Virus record (IMG/VR): IMGVR_UViG_3300008255_000446
Location: 1-25,366 of that record
Source of the DNA: a virus
Taxonomy: Duplodnaviria > Caudoviricetes
DNA: 25,366 nucleotides
Strand: one strand, 5' to 3'
The notes beneath the pieces were generated by a model. It ran no database searches. It saw only the letters and a list, made by a program, of their open reading frames with translations, and was not told the origin of the DNA. Made by a program: the position numbers and the translations under genes. This document shows, piece by piece, positions 13,950 to 22,108 of the stretch (positions are counted from its first letter, which is position 1; every line of letters starts with the position of its first letter).

Positions 13950-14938
13950 TGGCCGAGAAGGAAGTCGAGGATCCGAAGGAACGCATCGACGCGCTGCTGG
14001 CGACGGTCGGTCTGGCGTTCCGCCGTCGCTTCCTGCAGGCGATCGAGAACATCCGCACGCGGAACACGCTGCGGCGTCTTGAAGAGCTTCTCTCGAGTGG
14101 GCAGTTCGACGAGGCGCTTGCGGCTGCGCTGCTGGAAGGTGCAACGCATCTCGGCACCGGCTATTCTCGTGGGTTCATGCTTTCGGCGGACGACACGGCC
14201 GCATTCCTGACGCGGTCGATCGAGGTCATCGTCAACTACGATTCCACGAATCCGCGCGCCATCGCCGAGCTGCAGAAGAACCAGCTCCGGCTGGTGCGTG
14301 AGTTCACGCAGGGCCAGCGTCTCGCGACCCAGGTCGCTCTCACCGAGGGCATCGCGCGTGGACTCAATCCTCGGCAGCAGGCCATCCTGTTCCGACAGTC
14401 GATCGGACTCACAGAGTCGCAGGCGCGAGCCGTGCTGAACTATCGCCGCCTGCTCGAGAACCAGTCGCTCGAGGCGCTCGCGCGAGAGCTCCGCGACAAG
14501 CGCTTCGACTCCACGATCGTCCGTGCCTTCAAGGACGGCCGCGCCCTCACCACTGCGCAGGTCGAGCGGATGGTGGAGCGCTACTACCAGAACAGCGTGG
14601 CGCTGCGCGCCGAGACGATCGCGCGCACCGAGGCCCTGTCCGCGGTCCACGGCGGCGTCCACGAGATGTACCTGCAGGCAGTCGACGATGGCCTGATCCA
14701 GGACGACGAGCTCACTCGCACCTGGCTTACCTCGGGCCTGCCGAACCGCCGGGACCACCACGTCTCGATGGAAGGGCAGCAGCGCAGCCTCACCGAGCCC
14801 TTCGTCTCCGGCCTGGGCAACCTGCTCATGCAGCCCGGCGATATGGACGCGGGCGCTGAAGAGGTCGCGAACTGCGTCTGCACCGTGACCACGCGCTTCA
14901 CCGTCGACGTCCCCGAGCCGGCCGAAGCGACCTCCTAA
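13949..14938 (+). CDS. Minor head / head morphogenesis protein (SPP1 gp7, Mu gpF-like)
   Basis: RAETIARTE, TRTWLT....RRDHH..MEGQ...EPFVSGLGN.LMQPGD...EEVANCVCT. Confidence 0.85.
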   Translation: MAEKEVEDPKERIDALLATVGLAFRRRFLQAIENIRTRNTLRRLEELLSSGQFDEALAAALLEGATHLGTGYSRGFMLSADDTAAFLTRSIEVIVNYDSTNPRAIAELQKNQLRLVREFTQGQRLATQVALTEGIARGLNPRQQAILFRQSIGLTESQARAVLNYRRLLENQSLEALARELRDKRFDSTIVRAFKDGRALTTAQVERMVERYYQNSVALRAETIARTEALSAVHGGVHEMYLQAVDDGLIQDDELTRTWLTSGLPNRRDHHVSMEGQQRSLTEPFVSGLGNLLMQPGDMDAGAEEVANCVCTVTTRFTVDVPEPAEATS

Positions 14939-15080
14939 CCAGATGACCAAGCAGCGCAAGCCCTCCGGACGCCGTCGCCGCCGCAAGGGCGGTCGGTATC
15001 GTAAGCGTCATACTAACCCCGTGCCGGAAACGTCAACCAAGGCGTTGACGGATGGCCCCGAATCGTCAAGAGTAGAGCCC

Positions 15081-15482
15081 ATGAAAACGAGCGAGTTCCG
15101 CTCCGTGTGCGAGGTCGTGAAGGCCGACGCGAGCCGCCGGCTCGTGTTCGGCTTCGCGCTCGTCGAGAAGACGGCGGACGAAGCCGAATACTTCGACATG
15201 CACGGCCACGCGGTCGCGGCAGGCGAGATCATCGACTCGTCCCTCGAGTTCTCGCTGCACTCGCGCGTCGCGAAGCACCAGCACCGAGGCGACGCGCAGG
15301 GAGTCGTCCCGTTCGTCTTCCCCCTCACCGAGGACATTGCGAAGTCGATGGGCATCACCGCCGAGCGGTACGGCCTCATCATCGGAATGCGGTGCAGCGA
15401 AGACCTGTTCAAGCGGTTCGAGTCGGGTGAGCTCACCGGGTTCTCCATCGGCGGCACCGCGATCCTGGAGGATGTCGACTGA
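15081..15482 (+). CDS. XkdF-like putative prohead serine protease (alternative start at 14943)
   Basis: VVKADASRRLVFGFA...YFDMHGH...KHQH...FESGELTGFSIGG. Confidence 0.8.
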   Translation: MKTSEFRSVCEVVKADASRRLVFGFALVEKTADEAEYFDMHGHAVAAGEIIDSSLEFSLHSRVAKHQHRGDAQGVVPFVFPLTEDIAKSMGITAERYGLIIGMRCSEDLFKRFESGELTGFSIGGTAILEDVD

Positions 15483-16564
15483 TGACGGACAAGAAGCGGA
15501 AGCGGATGCGTCAGCTCACGATCGAGGAGATCAGCGGCGTGGACAAGCCGGCCGTGGCGCCGGGCGTCGTCGATGTGATCCTGAAGCGCGAAGAGCCGGG
15601 CGATGTCGAGAAGGGTCATGTCATGCAGCGCCCCGCGCTGACGACCTCGGTCGAAGGCCACTCGCACCTGCTCGACCTTGCGGACGAGTCGGGGCACACA
15701 AGCTACACGCAGTCGGAGGGCGATGACTATGGTCACTCGCATCCATTCCTCGTCGATTCGGACGGCAACGTCACGATCGGCGAAGCCGACGGACACCGGC
15801 ACGACATCGAGGTCGTGCTGAACAAGCAAGCCGCCGCAGCCGGCGGCGGTTCTACCCAACCCGAAACGGAGGCCACCATGGCTCAGAACATCGACAAGTC
15901 CGCCGGCAACGACAACGAGCAGGCGGCCGCGATCGAGAAGCTCACGAAGGAGCTCGAGACCGCGAAGGCGTTCGGCGTCCTCACGGACGCCGAGAAGGCG
16001 CACTACCAGACCCTCGACGAGGCCGGCCAGGCCGCGTTCCTCTCGAAGTCCGCCGAGGATCGCCGCGCGGTCATCGCCGACATCGAGAAGGGCAACGAGG
16101 TCGTCTACAAGGGCCTCGACGGTACCGAGTACCGTCGGAGCGACGACGCGCGCACCGTCACGCTGGCGAAGCGCCTTGACGAGCAGGTGCGGGAGACGCA
16201 GAAGGAGCGCGCCGAGCGCTTCGAGGCGGACATCCGCAAGCGCGCCGAGACCGAGCTCGCCAACCTGCCCGGGGAGCTCGACGCGAAGGTCGCGCTCCTG
16301 AAGGCGGCCGAGTCCATCAAGGACGAGGGTCAGCGCAAGGCCGCGGTCGACGCCCTGAAGGCGCAGAACGCGGAGATGGCGAAGGCCATGTCGACCGTCG
16401 GCGTGTCCGGCGGCGGTGCGGGCGACGCCGACGACCCGAGCGGCGAGCTCGAGTCGCTGGCGAAGGCGCTCGCCGAGAAGGAGGGCATCGACTTCTACGA
16501 CGCCTACGACCGCGTCTCCGAGTCGAACCCGCAGATCGTCAACAAGGCCCTGACCGGCCGCTGA
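15482..16564 (+). CDS. Protease-tail / His-rich / scaffold protein
   Basis: LTIEEISGVDKPA motif, three GHxH repeats, then an acidic and Lys-rich coiled coil ending in a helical tip; directly upstream of decoration and capsid genes. Confidence 0.75.
   Translation: MTDKKRKRMRQLTIEEISGVDKPAVAPGVVDVILKREEPGDVEKGHVMQRPALTTSVEGHSHLLDLADESGHTSYTQSEGDDYGHSHPFLVDSDGNVTIGEADGHRHDIEVVLNKQAAAAGGGSTQPETEATMAQNIDKSAGNDNEQAAAIEKLTKELETAKAFGVLTDAEKAHYQTLDEAGQAAFLSKSAEDRRAVIADIEKGNEVVYKGLDGTEYRRSDDARTVTLAKRLDEQVRETQKERAERFEADIRKRAETELANLPGELDAKVALLKAAESIKDEGQRKAAVDALKAQNAEMAKAMSTVGVSGGGAGDADDPSGELESLAKALAEKEGIDFYDAYDRVSESNPQIVNKALTGR
15878..16564 (+). CDS. Nested in-frame scaffold protein (internal start)
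   Basis: GGAGG at 15868-15872, 5 nt before in-frame ATG 15878 (MAQNIDKS), at the start of the coiled coil. Confidence 0.55.
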   Translation: MAQNIDKSAGNDNEQAAAIEKLTKELETAKAFGVLTDAEKAHYQTLDEAGQAAFLSKSAEDRRAVIADIEKGNEVVYKGLDGTEYRRSDDARTVTLAKRLDEQVRETQKERAERFEADIRKRAETELANLPGELDAKVALLKAAESIKDEGQRKAAVDALKAQNAEMAKAMSTVGVSGGGAGDADDPSGELESLAKALAEKEGIDFYDAYDRVSESNPQIVNKALTGR

Positions 16565-16583
16565 TCCCAAGGAGGGAACTAAC

Positions 16584-16958
16584 ATGTCGTTCCAGAACGC
16601 CAACGCCATCTCCCTCACGGCCGGGGCTGCCATCTCGCAGGGCCGGTTCGTGAAGGTCTCCACCGGCGGCAAGGTCATCCAGGCCGCCGCCGGTACCGAC
16701 GAGGTCGTCGGTGTGTCGCTCGAAGCGGCCGCCGCGGACCTCGACGTGATCCCCGTCGCCAAGTACGACGGGGGCATCGTGGAGGTCGAGGCCGGTGCGG
16801 CCGTGACCGCGGGGGAGGACGTCGCGTCCGATTCCGTGGGTCGCGCCGTCACCGCCGCGCTGTCCAACGCCATCGCCGGGTGGGCCCTCTCGGGGGCCGG
16901 TGCCGCGGGCGAGTTCGTCAAGGTGCTGCTCGTGAAGGGCAGCCTGGCCGCCGCCTGA
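16584..16958 (+). CDS. Capsid decoration/cement protein (DUF2190-like)
   Basis: 124 aa, Ala/Gly/Val-rich; GIVEVEAGAAVTAGEDVASDSVGRAV; strong AAGGAGG RBS; precedes the capsid gene. Confidence 0.8.
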   Translation: MSFQNANAISLTAGAAISQGRFVKVSTGGKVIQAAAGTDEVVGVSLEAAAADLDVIPVAKYDGGIVEVEAGAAVTAGEDVASDSVGRAVTAALSNAIAGWALSGAGAAGEFVKVLLVKGSLAAA

Positions 16959-16978
16959 TCGGCTGAAGGAGAGCTACC

Positions 16979-17962
16979 ATGCCCACCATCGTCACCAACC
17001 CGACGGCTGGAGACAACCATGTCAACAAGCCGCTCACGAACTTCTCCCAGAAGTGGATCCAGGACCAGGACATGTTCGTCGGTCTGGACGTCGTGCCCAA
17101 CAACCCGGTCCAGCACCAGTCCGACCTCTACTACGAGTTCTCGCGCGCGGACTTCTTCCGCGACGAGGCCGAGGAGCGGGCGGACGGGACCGAGTCCGCG
17201 GGCAGCGGGTTCACCCTGTCGACCTCGCCGTACACGGCGCGGGTCTACGCCTACCACAAGGATCTCACCGACCGTCAGCGGGCGAACCAGGATAGCCCGG
17301 TCCGCCTCGAGCGCTCGGCGATGCAGTTCGTCATGCAGAAGCTCATGCTCCTGCGCGAGCGGCTGATGACCTCGGCGTACTTCGGCACGTCCATCTGGGG
17401 CACCGATGTCAACGTCTTCACCCTTCCCACGAGCTCGTGGAACAGCGCCACGGGCGACCCGATCGTCGACATCCGGACCGGCAAGCGCGTCGTCCACGGT
17501 CTCACGGGCAAGCGGCCGAACCGGCTGCTCATCGCCCGCGACACCTACGACGCCGTGCTAGACAACGCGCAGGTGCTCGACCGCATCATCGGCGGTGCGA
17601 CCACCGAGCTCCCGGCGATGGTCATGCGCCAGCGGCTCGCGAGCCTGCTGGAGCTCGACCAGATCCTCGTCCTCGACAGCGTCGTGAACTCGGCGGTCCG
17701 CGGGGCCACCGAGGCGACCAACTTCCTGGCGAGCGACGGGGCGTTGCTCTACTACGCCCCCCCGAGCGCGTCGCTCGACGAGCCCACCGCGGGAATGCAG
17801 TTCTCGTGGACGGGCTACCTGGGCGCGCAGAGCGCCGGTCAGCGCATCAAGCGCTTCCGGATGGAGCACCTGGAGGCGGACCGCATCGAGGGCCAGATGG
17901 CCTTCGATTACAAGGTCACGGCTCCGGAGCTCGGCTACTTCTTCCACTCTACGCTAGCCTGA
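16979..17962 (+). CDS. Major capsid protein
   Basis: 327 aa; HVNKPLTNFS..FV..VVP.NPV, WNSATGDPIVDI, GKRPNRLLI, GYFF near the C-terminus; AAGGAG RBS; position in the head module. Confidence 0.88.
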   Translation: MPTIVTNPTAGDNHVNKPLTNFSQKWIQDQDMFVGLDVVPNNPVQHQSDLYYEFSRADFFRDEAEERADGTESAGSGFTLSTSPYTARVYAYHKDLTDRQRANQDSPVRLERSAMQFVMQKLMLLRERLMTSAYFGTSIWGTDVNVFTLPTSSWNSATGDPIVDIRTGKRVVHGLTGKRPNRLLIARDTYDAVLDNAQVLDRIIGGATTELPAMVMRQRLASLLELDQILVLDSVVNSAVRGATEATNFLASDGALLYYAPPSASLDEPTAGMQFSWTGYLGAQSAGQRIKRFRMEHLEADRIEGQMAFDYKVTAPELGYFFHSTLA

Positions 17963-17970
17963 TCCAGCAC

Positions 17971-17996
17971 GGCCCGGGGGCGAGCGCCCCCGGGCC
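17971..17996 (+). terminator. Hairpin after the capsid gene (terminator or mRNA-stabilising stem)
   Basis: GGCCCGGGGGC-GAGC-GCCCCCGGGCC; no U-tract. Confidence 0.6.
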
Positions 17997-18024
17997 CCAT
18001 ACACCCTCCCGAGAGGAGCTGACC

Positions 18025-18858
18025 ATGTCCGCCAAAGAAGACCTGCAGGAGCGCATCCGCGCCCACCGCGAAGGCGCCGAGGAGCGCGCGGCCGAGCGCC
18101 GCGAAGCCGAGGCGGCCCGTCGTCCTGCCCCGCGTCGCCGCGAACATGCGCGTGGCGTTACGCCCGCCGTTCCGGTTCGCCGGCCCCGCTTCCAGCGCGG
18201 CCTGCGGTGGATCGCGGTCCGGCCGATCGTCCTCGGGAAGGACGCGATGGTGAAGCCCGGGGAGCTCATCCCCCAGAGCTGGAGCGGCTCCCGTCTCCGG
18301 CGCCTGCACCGCACGCAGCAGATCGGCCCCATCGGCTCCCGCTGGAGCGAGCTGATGATCCGTGCCTGGGAGGACCAGGTGCTCTCCCGCGCTCTCGCGA
18401 AGCTCGAGGGCGAGGCGCTCTCGAAGGCCCGTGAGGAGTGGGGAGCGGAGCTCGAGGACCGCCGGAAAGCCCGCCTGGGCCTGGCCGAGCGGCAGCTCCG
18501 TGAGGAGCAGGAGCTCATCGAGCGCGAGCGTGCGGAGCGCCAGGAGCGCCGCGCGCCGCGCGCGGCCGAGCAGGCCGAGCTCGAGCGAAGGGCCCTCGCC
18601 GAGCGGCACCGGCTGCAGGCCGAGCGCCAAACCGAGATCGACCGTATCCGGGAGGAAGTCGCCGCCGAGTCGGGCGCCGAGCTCGAGGCCATCCGCGCCC
18701 GCCGCGAGGCCGAGGAGGCGGGTGATGAGCCGTCGCCGGACGCGCAGCGCGCCGCGCTCGAGTCCCTCGCGGCTGCGCACGGCGCGACCGGCGACGAGCC
18801 GCCGGTTCCCGAAGTGGAACAGGAGCCTGATCCCGAGCGGGAGCAGGAGGCGGGGTGA
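18025..18858 (+). CDS. Hypothetical R/E/A-rich coiled-coil protein, 277 aa
   Basis: GAGGAG RBS before ATG 18025 (MSAKEDLQ); GTGA overlap with the next gene. Confidence 0.75.
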   Translation: MSAKEDLQERIRAHREGAEERAAERREAEAARRPAPRRREHARGVTPAVPVRRPRFQRGLRWIAVRPIVLGKDAMVKPGELIPQSWSGSRLRRLHRTQQIGPIGSRWSELMIRAWEDQVLSRALAKLEGEALSKAREEWGAELEDRRKARLGLAERQLREEQELIERERAERQERRAPRAAEQAELERRALAERHRLQAERQTEIDRIREEVAAESGAELEAIRARREAEEAGDEPSPDAQRAALESLAAAHGATGDEPPVPEVEQEPDPEREQEAG

Positions 18859-19256
18859 CCTCGCGTCGCGTGAAGGTGGTCGTCCGCGACCTGGAGAAGT
18901 TCACGGAGCGTCTCGTCCAGCGGATCGCGCTGAACGTCGTCGCGAACCTCCAGGAGGACACGCCCGTCGACACCGGCTGGGCGCGGGCGAACTGGATCCC
19001 GCAGATCGGCGCGCCGTTCTCCGGCACCGCGGGCTCGCGCGAGCAGGCCGAGGCCGGCCAGCTCGACACGGCGACCCAGCAGGTCGGGATCGCCAAGGTC
19101 GCGACCGGCTACCGGCTGGGGCCGCCCATCTTCGTCACGAACAACGTCCCCTACATCGAGCGCCTGAACGAGGGCAGCTCGTCCCAAGCCCCGGCCGCCT
19201 TCGTCCAGGCCGCCATCTTCCGGGCCGTCCGTGACACCGTCGCGAGGGCCTCCTGA
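18855..19256 (+). CDS. Neck / tail-completion protein (HK97 gp10-like)
   Basis: TPVDTGWARANW...IFVTNNVPYIERLNEGSSSQAPAAFV. Confidence 0.85.
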   Translation: MTSRRVKVVVRDLEKFTERLVQRIALNVVANLQEDTPVDTGWARANWIPQIGAPFSGTAGSREQAEAGQLDTATQQVGIAKVATGYRLGPPIFVTNNVPYIERLNEGSSSQAPAAFVQAAIFRAVRDTVARAS

Positions 19257-19687
19257 TGGTCAACGTCACCACGCCCGAAGCGCGCGAGGCCGTCTACCAA
19301 CGCTGGCTCGGCAACGTCTCCTCCTTGGGCATCGACGCATGGACCTTCGAGGACGAGGAGGGCTTCGTCGAGCCCGGCCAGGACAAGTCATGGGCTCGCG
19401 TCAGCGTGCGCGACCTGGGCGGCGGGCAGAACACGATCGGGCAGCGCGAGTTCTCCGATCGGATTTTCCGGCGCTCGGCGTCGGTCATCGTGCAGGTCTT
19501 CACGCCTCGCCGGGGTCGGGGCGACGGGGACGTGCTCTGCCAGGCGATCCGTGCTATCTTCGAGGCCACGTCCTTCAGCGGGCTCGACTTCGGCGACGGC
19601 CAGGTCCGCCAGATCGCTCCTCGCGACGAGGACAAGTCCCTACAAGCGAACGTCGAAGTCTTCTTCGACTACGACGAGACCAAGTAA
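19256..19687 (+). CDS. Tail terminator
   Basis: SWARVSVR...QNTIG...FRRSASVIVQVFTPRRGRG; lies between neck and tail tube. Confidence 0.8.
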   Translation: MVNVTTPEAREAVYQRWLGNVSSLGIDAWTFEDEEGFVEPGQDKSWARVSVRDLGGGQNTIGQREFSDRIFRRSASVIVQVFTPRRGRGDGDVLCQAIRAIFEATSFSGLDFGDGQVRQIAPRDEDKSLQANVEVFFDYDETK

Positions 19688-19708
19688 CCCAACCCGGAGG
19701 CGACCACC

Positions 19709-21199
19709 ATGGGCCGCGTACTCACCAACAACACCGCCGTCATCGTCACGGACGAGACGTCGCTCGGCGTCGCCGGGACCACCTGGGACCAGCTCGAGCC
19801 GAACGACATCTCCACCTTCGGCGCGACCATCACCACGGTCGCCCGCGAACCCATCTCCAAGGACCGTTCGCGTCGGAAGGGCACGGTCGTCGACCTCGAG
19901 TCGGCGGTCGAGCTCGAGCACGACCTGACGAGGTCGGTCTTCCTGCGCTTCGCCGAGGGCTTCTGCTTCGCGAACTGGCAGGGCGACTTCGAGCTCGGCA
20001 ACCCGACCGATGTCAACGGCACGACCGAGACCTACACCGTGCCGTTGGGCCCGACGCTGCTCGCGAGCCACCTGGTCTACGCGCGAGGTCACGCTCTGTC
20101 CGCGAACAACGGCCTGAAGTCCGTGGCGTCGGCCACGGCGACCACGGTCGTCGTGAACGAAGACCTGGGGGACGAGATCCCGCCCGCGAACGCGACGCTC
20201 GAGCTCGCCGGCTACCGTTTCCCGACCAGCAACCTCAGCATCGCCGTCTCGGGCACGACCGCGGTTCTCACGTCGGCCACGCTCGACACGAGCACGATCG
20301 GCGTCCACGTCGGTCAGCTCGTCCACGTCGGCGGCCTGCTGCCGGCGAACCAGTTCAACAGCGCGGGCGGCGGCTTCAAGGGCTACGCGCGCGTCACCGC
20401 GATCGACGGCTCGGCCGGCACGATCACGCTCGACAAGCTAGGCGCCGACCTGGTCACCGACGACGGGCTGGGCGATACCGTCGACCTGCTCTTCGGCCTG
20501 TTCCTAAAGAACGTCGACACCGACAGCCCGGACTACCTGGAGCAGAGCTTCCAGTTCGAGCTCGCCCTGCCCGGCCTCGACACCGGCGGCGCCACAATGT
20601 ACGAGTACGCCATCGGCAACTACGCGAACACGCTGGCGATCAACGTGCCGCTGACAGACAAGTCGACCGTCACCATCGGCTTCATCGGAACCGACACCGA
20701 GATCCCGGTGTCGTCCGGGTCCAGAAAGGCCGGTGCTTCCGTGGCCCTCGCGCCGCTGCAGACGACCGCGTTCAACACGAGCGCCGACGTCATGCGACTC
20801 CGCGTGCTGCAGGTCGACGAGACCGGCCTGACGTCCTGCTTCCAAGATTTCACGCTGACCCTCAACAACAACGTCTCGCCGCAGAAGTGCATCGGCACGC
20901 TCGGCGCGACATTCATCAACTTCGGCAACCTCGACGTCGACATCGAGGGCCAGATCGTGCTGACCGATGCCGGGGTCGTCTCGGCCGTCCGGAACAACGA
21001 TACCGTCACGCTCGACCTCCTGCTCGAGAACGACGACGGGGCCATCTCGATCGACATCCCCTCGCTCACCCTGGGCGACGGGTCGAAGGAGTTCCCGGTC
21101 GACGAGTCCGTCCTCACGAACCTGTCCGGCCAGGCGTTCTCGGACGCCGCATTCGGGACCCAGATCGGCATCTCCACATTCCCGATCGTCCCGAGCTGA
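19709..21199 (+). CDS. Major tail tube protein with inserted beta domains
   Basis: DETSLGV...VAREPISKDR.RRKG.VVDLES, QSFQFE, FTLTLNNNVSP..CIGTLGA..INFG..DV; GGAGG RBS. Confidence 0.85.
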   Translation: MGRVLTNNTAVIVTDETSLGVAGTTWDQLEPNDISTFGATITTVAREPISKDRSRRKGTVVDLESAVELEHDLTRSVFLRFAEGFCFANWQGDFELGNPTDVNGTTETYTVPLGPTLLASHLVYARGHALSANNGLKSVASATATTVVVNEDLGDEIPPANATLELAGYRFPTSNLSIAVSGTTAVLTSATLDTSTIGVHVGQLVHVGGLLPANQFNSAGGGFKGYARVTAIDGSAGTITLDKLGADLVTDDGLGDTVDLLFGLFLKNVDTDSPDYLEQSFQFELALPGLDTGGATMYEYAIGNYANTLAINVPLTDKSTVTIGFIGTDTEIPVSSGSRKAGASVALAPLQTTAFNTSADVMRLRVLQVDETGLTSCFQDFTLTLNNNVSPQKCIGTLGATFINFGNLDVDIEGQIVLTDAGVVSAVRNNDTVTLDLLLENDDGAISIDIPSLTLGDGSKEFPVDESVLTNLSGQAFSDAAFGTQIGISTFPIVPS

Positions 21200-21226
21200 T
21201 CTACACTCGCTACCTGATGACCTGAT

Positions 21227-21252
21227 GGGAGGGGGCGATAGTGCCCCCTCCC
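21227..21252 (+). terminator. Hairpin after the tail tube gene
   Basis: GGGAGGGGGC-GATAGT-GCCCCCTCCC followed by TTCA. Confidence 0.55.
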
Positions 21253-21282
21253 TTCACCCCAACCCCGAACCCGAAGCGCACC

Positions 21283-21690
21283 ATGTTCAAGAACCTCGAG
21301 AGCCTCCCCCATGAGCAGTTCCGTCCGACGATCCGCTACACCTTCGAGGAGATCGAGGGTCAGCCATGGGTCGATGCGAAGCCCATGACGGACCGGAACA
21401 AACCCTATTTCAACGCCATGCTGCAGCGCATGGCGAACGTCAGAAAGAAGCTGCAGCGTGGCAAGCTCTCGCTGCAGATGCTCGACACGCAGCGCGCAAT
21501 CCTGCGCGAGCTCTGCGCCCTCCACGTCATCACCGCCATCGGCGGGTGGATCGGCCCCGACGACGCCGAGATCGAGTCGAGCCGCGACAACATCTCCGCG
21601 CTCATGCAGCAGCTCCCGCAGCGCCAGTTCGACGAGATGACGGAGGCGCTCGGCGACGACGACTCCTTTCGCCCTGACGTCCAGGGCTGA
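21283..21690 (+). CDS. Tail assembly chaperone (gpG-like)
   Basis: 135 aa between tail tube and tape measure; NKPYFNA...LCALHVITAIGGW...LMQQLP..FDEM. Confidence 0.75.
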   Translation: MFKNLESLPHEQFRPTIRYTFEEIEGQPWVDAKPMTDRNKPYFNAMLQRMANVRKKLQRGKLSLQMLDTQRAILRELCALHVITAIGGWIGPDDAEIESSRDNISALMQQLPQRQFDEMTEALGDDDSFRPDVQG

Positions 21691-21700
21691 TCCGGACTCC

Positions 21701-22108
21701 GTGGAGGCCCTGACCGAGGTTCTCGGTCAGGCCCTCCGCTACGAGCTGCGCTACCAGAAGGAGGGCGCAGGCTGGGAGATCCTGATCGACCGCGGCCGGC
21801 CGGAGCCGGAGTGGTGGAGCGACTGCCCGGACCTGTTGCCTCACGAGTCCTTCTACCTGGGGGGATTCTGGCGGCTCTCCACGGAGCGCCAGCAGGGCAT
21901 GTCCGTGGGTCCGATCCCATGGTCGGCGATCCAAGCCTACGGGGTCGCGAAGGGCCTGGATTCTGCTACCATGGGCCTGTTCCACGAGGTCATCCGTTCC
22001 ATGGACGGCGTGTACCTGGAGTGGACGATCAACGAGCAGAAGAAGAGGGCCCCGAAGGCATCGCCGAAGGCGGGACACCGGGGTCGCACGAAGAGGCCCA
22101 AGCGCTAG
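21701..22108 (+). CDS. Second tail chaperone ORF (gpT-like), possibly expressed by frameshift
   Basis: PDLLP..FYLGGFWRLSTERQQGMSVGPIPWSAIQAY...IRSMDGVYL; weak GTG start; frame is open from 21641. Confidence 0.8.
   Translation: MEALTEVLGQALRYELRYQKEGAGWEILIDRGRPEPEWWSDCPDLLPHESFYLGGFWRLSTERQQGMSVGPIPWSAIQAYGVAKGLDSATMGLFHEVIRSMDGVYLEWTINEQKKRAPKASPKAGHRGRTKRPKR

Noticed and set aside
15008-17497. Long minus-strand ORFs (also 7809-9248 and 23857-25353) and alternative plus-frame ORFs (19231-21225)
   Set aside because: Shadow ORFs expected in high-GC coding DNA; they overlap well-supported genes and show no recognisable motifs.
21212-21256. Hammerhead core CTGATGA before a hairpin
   Set aside because: No GAAA after the stem; it is a tandem ACCTGATG next to a terminator-like hairpin.
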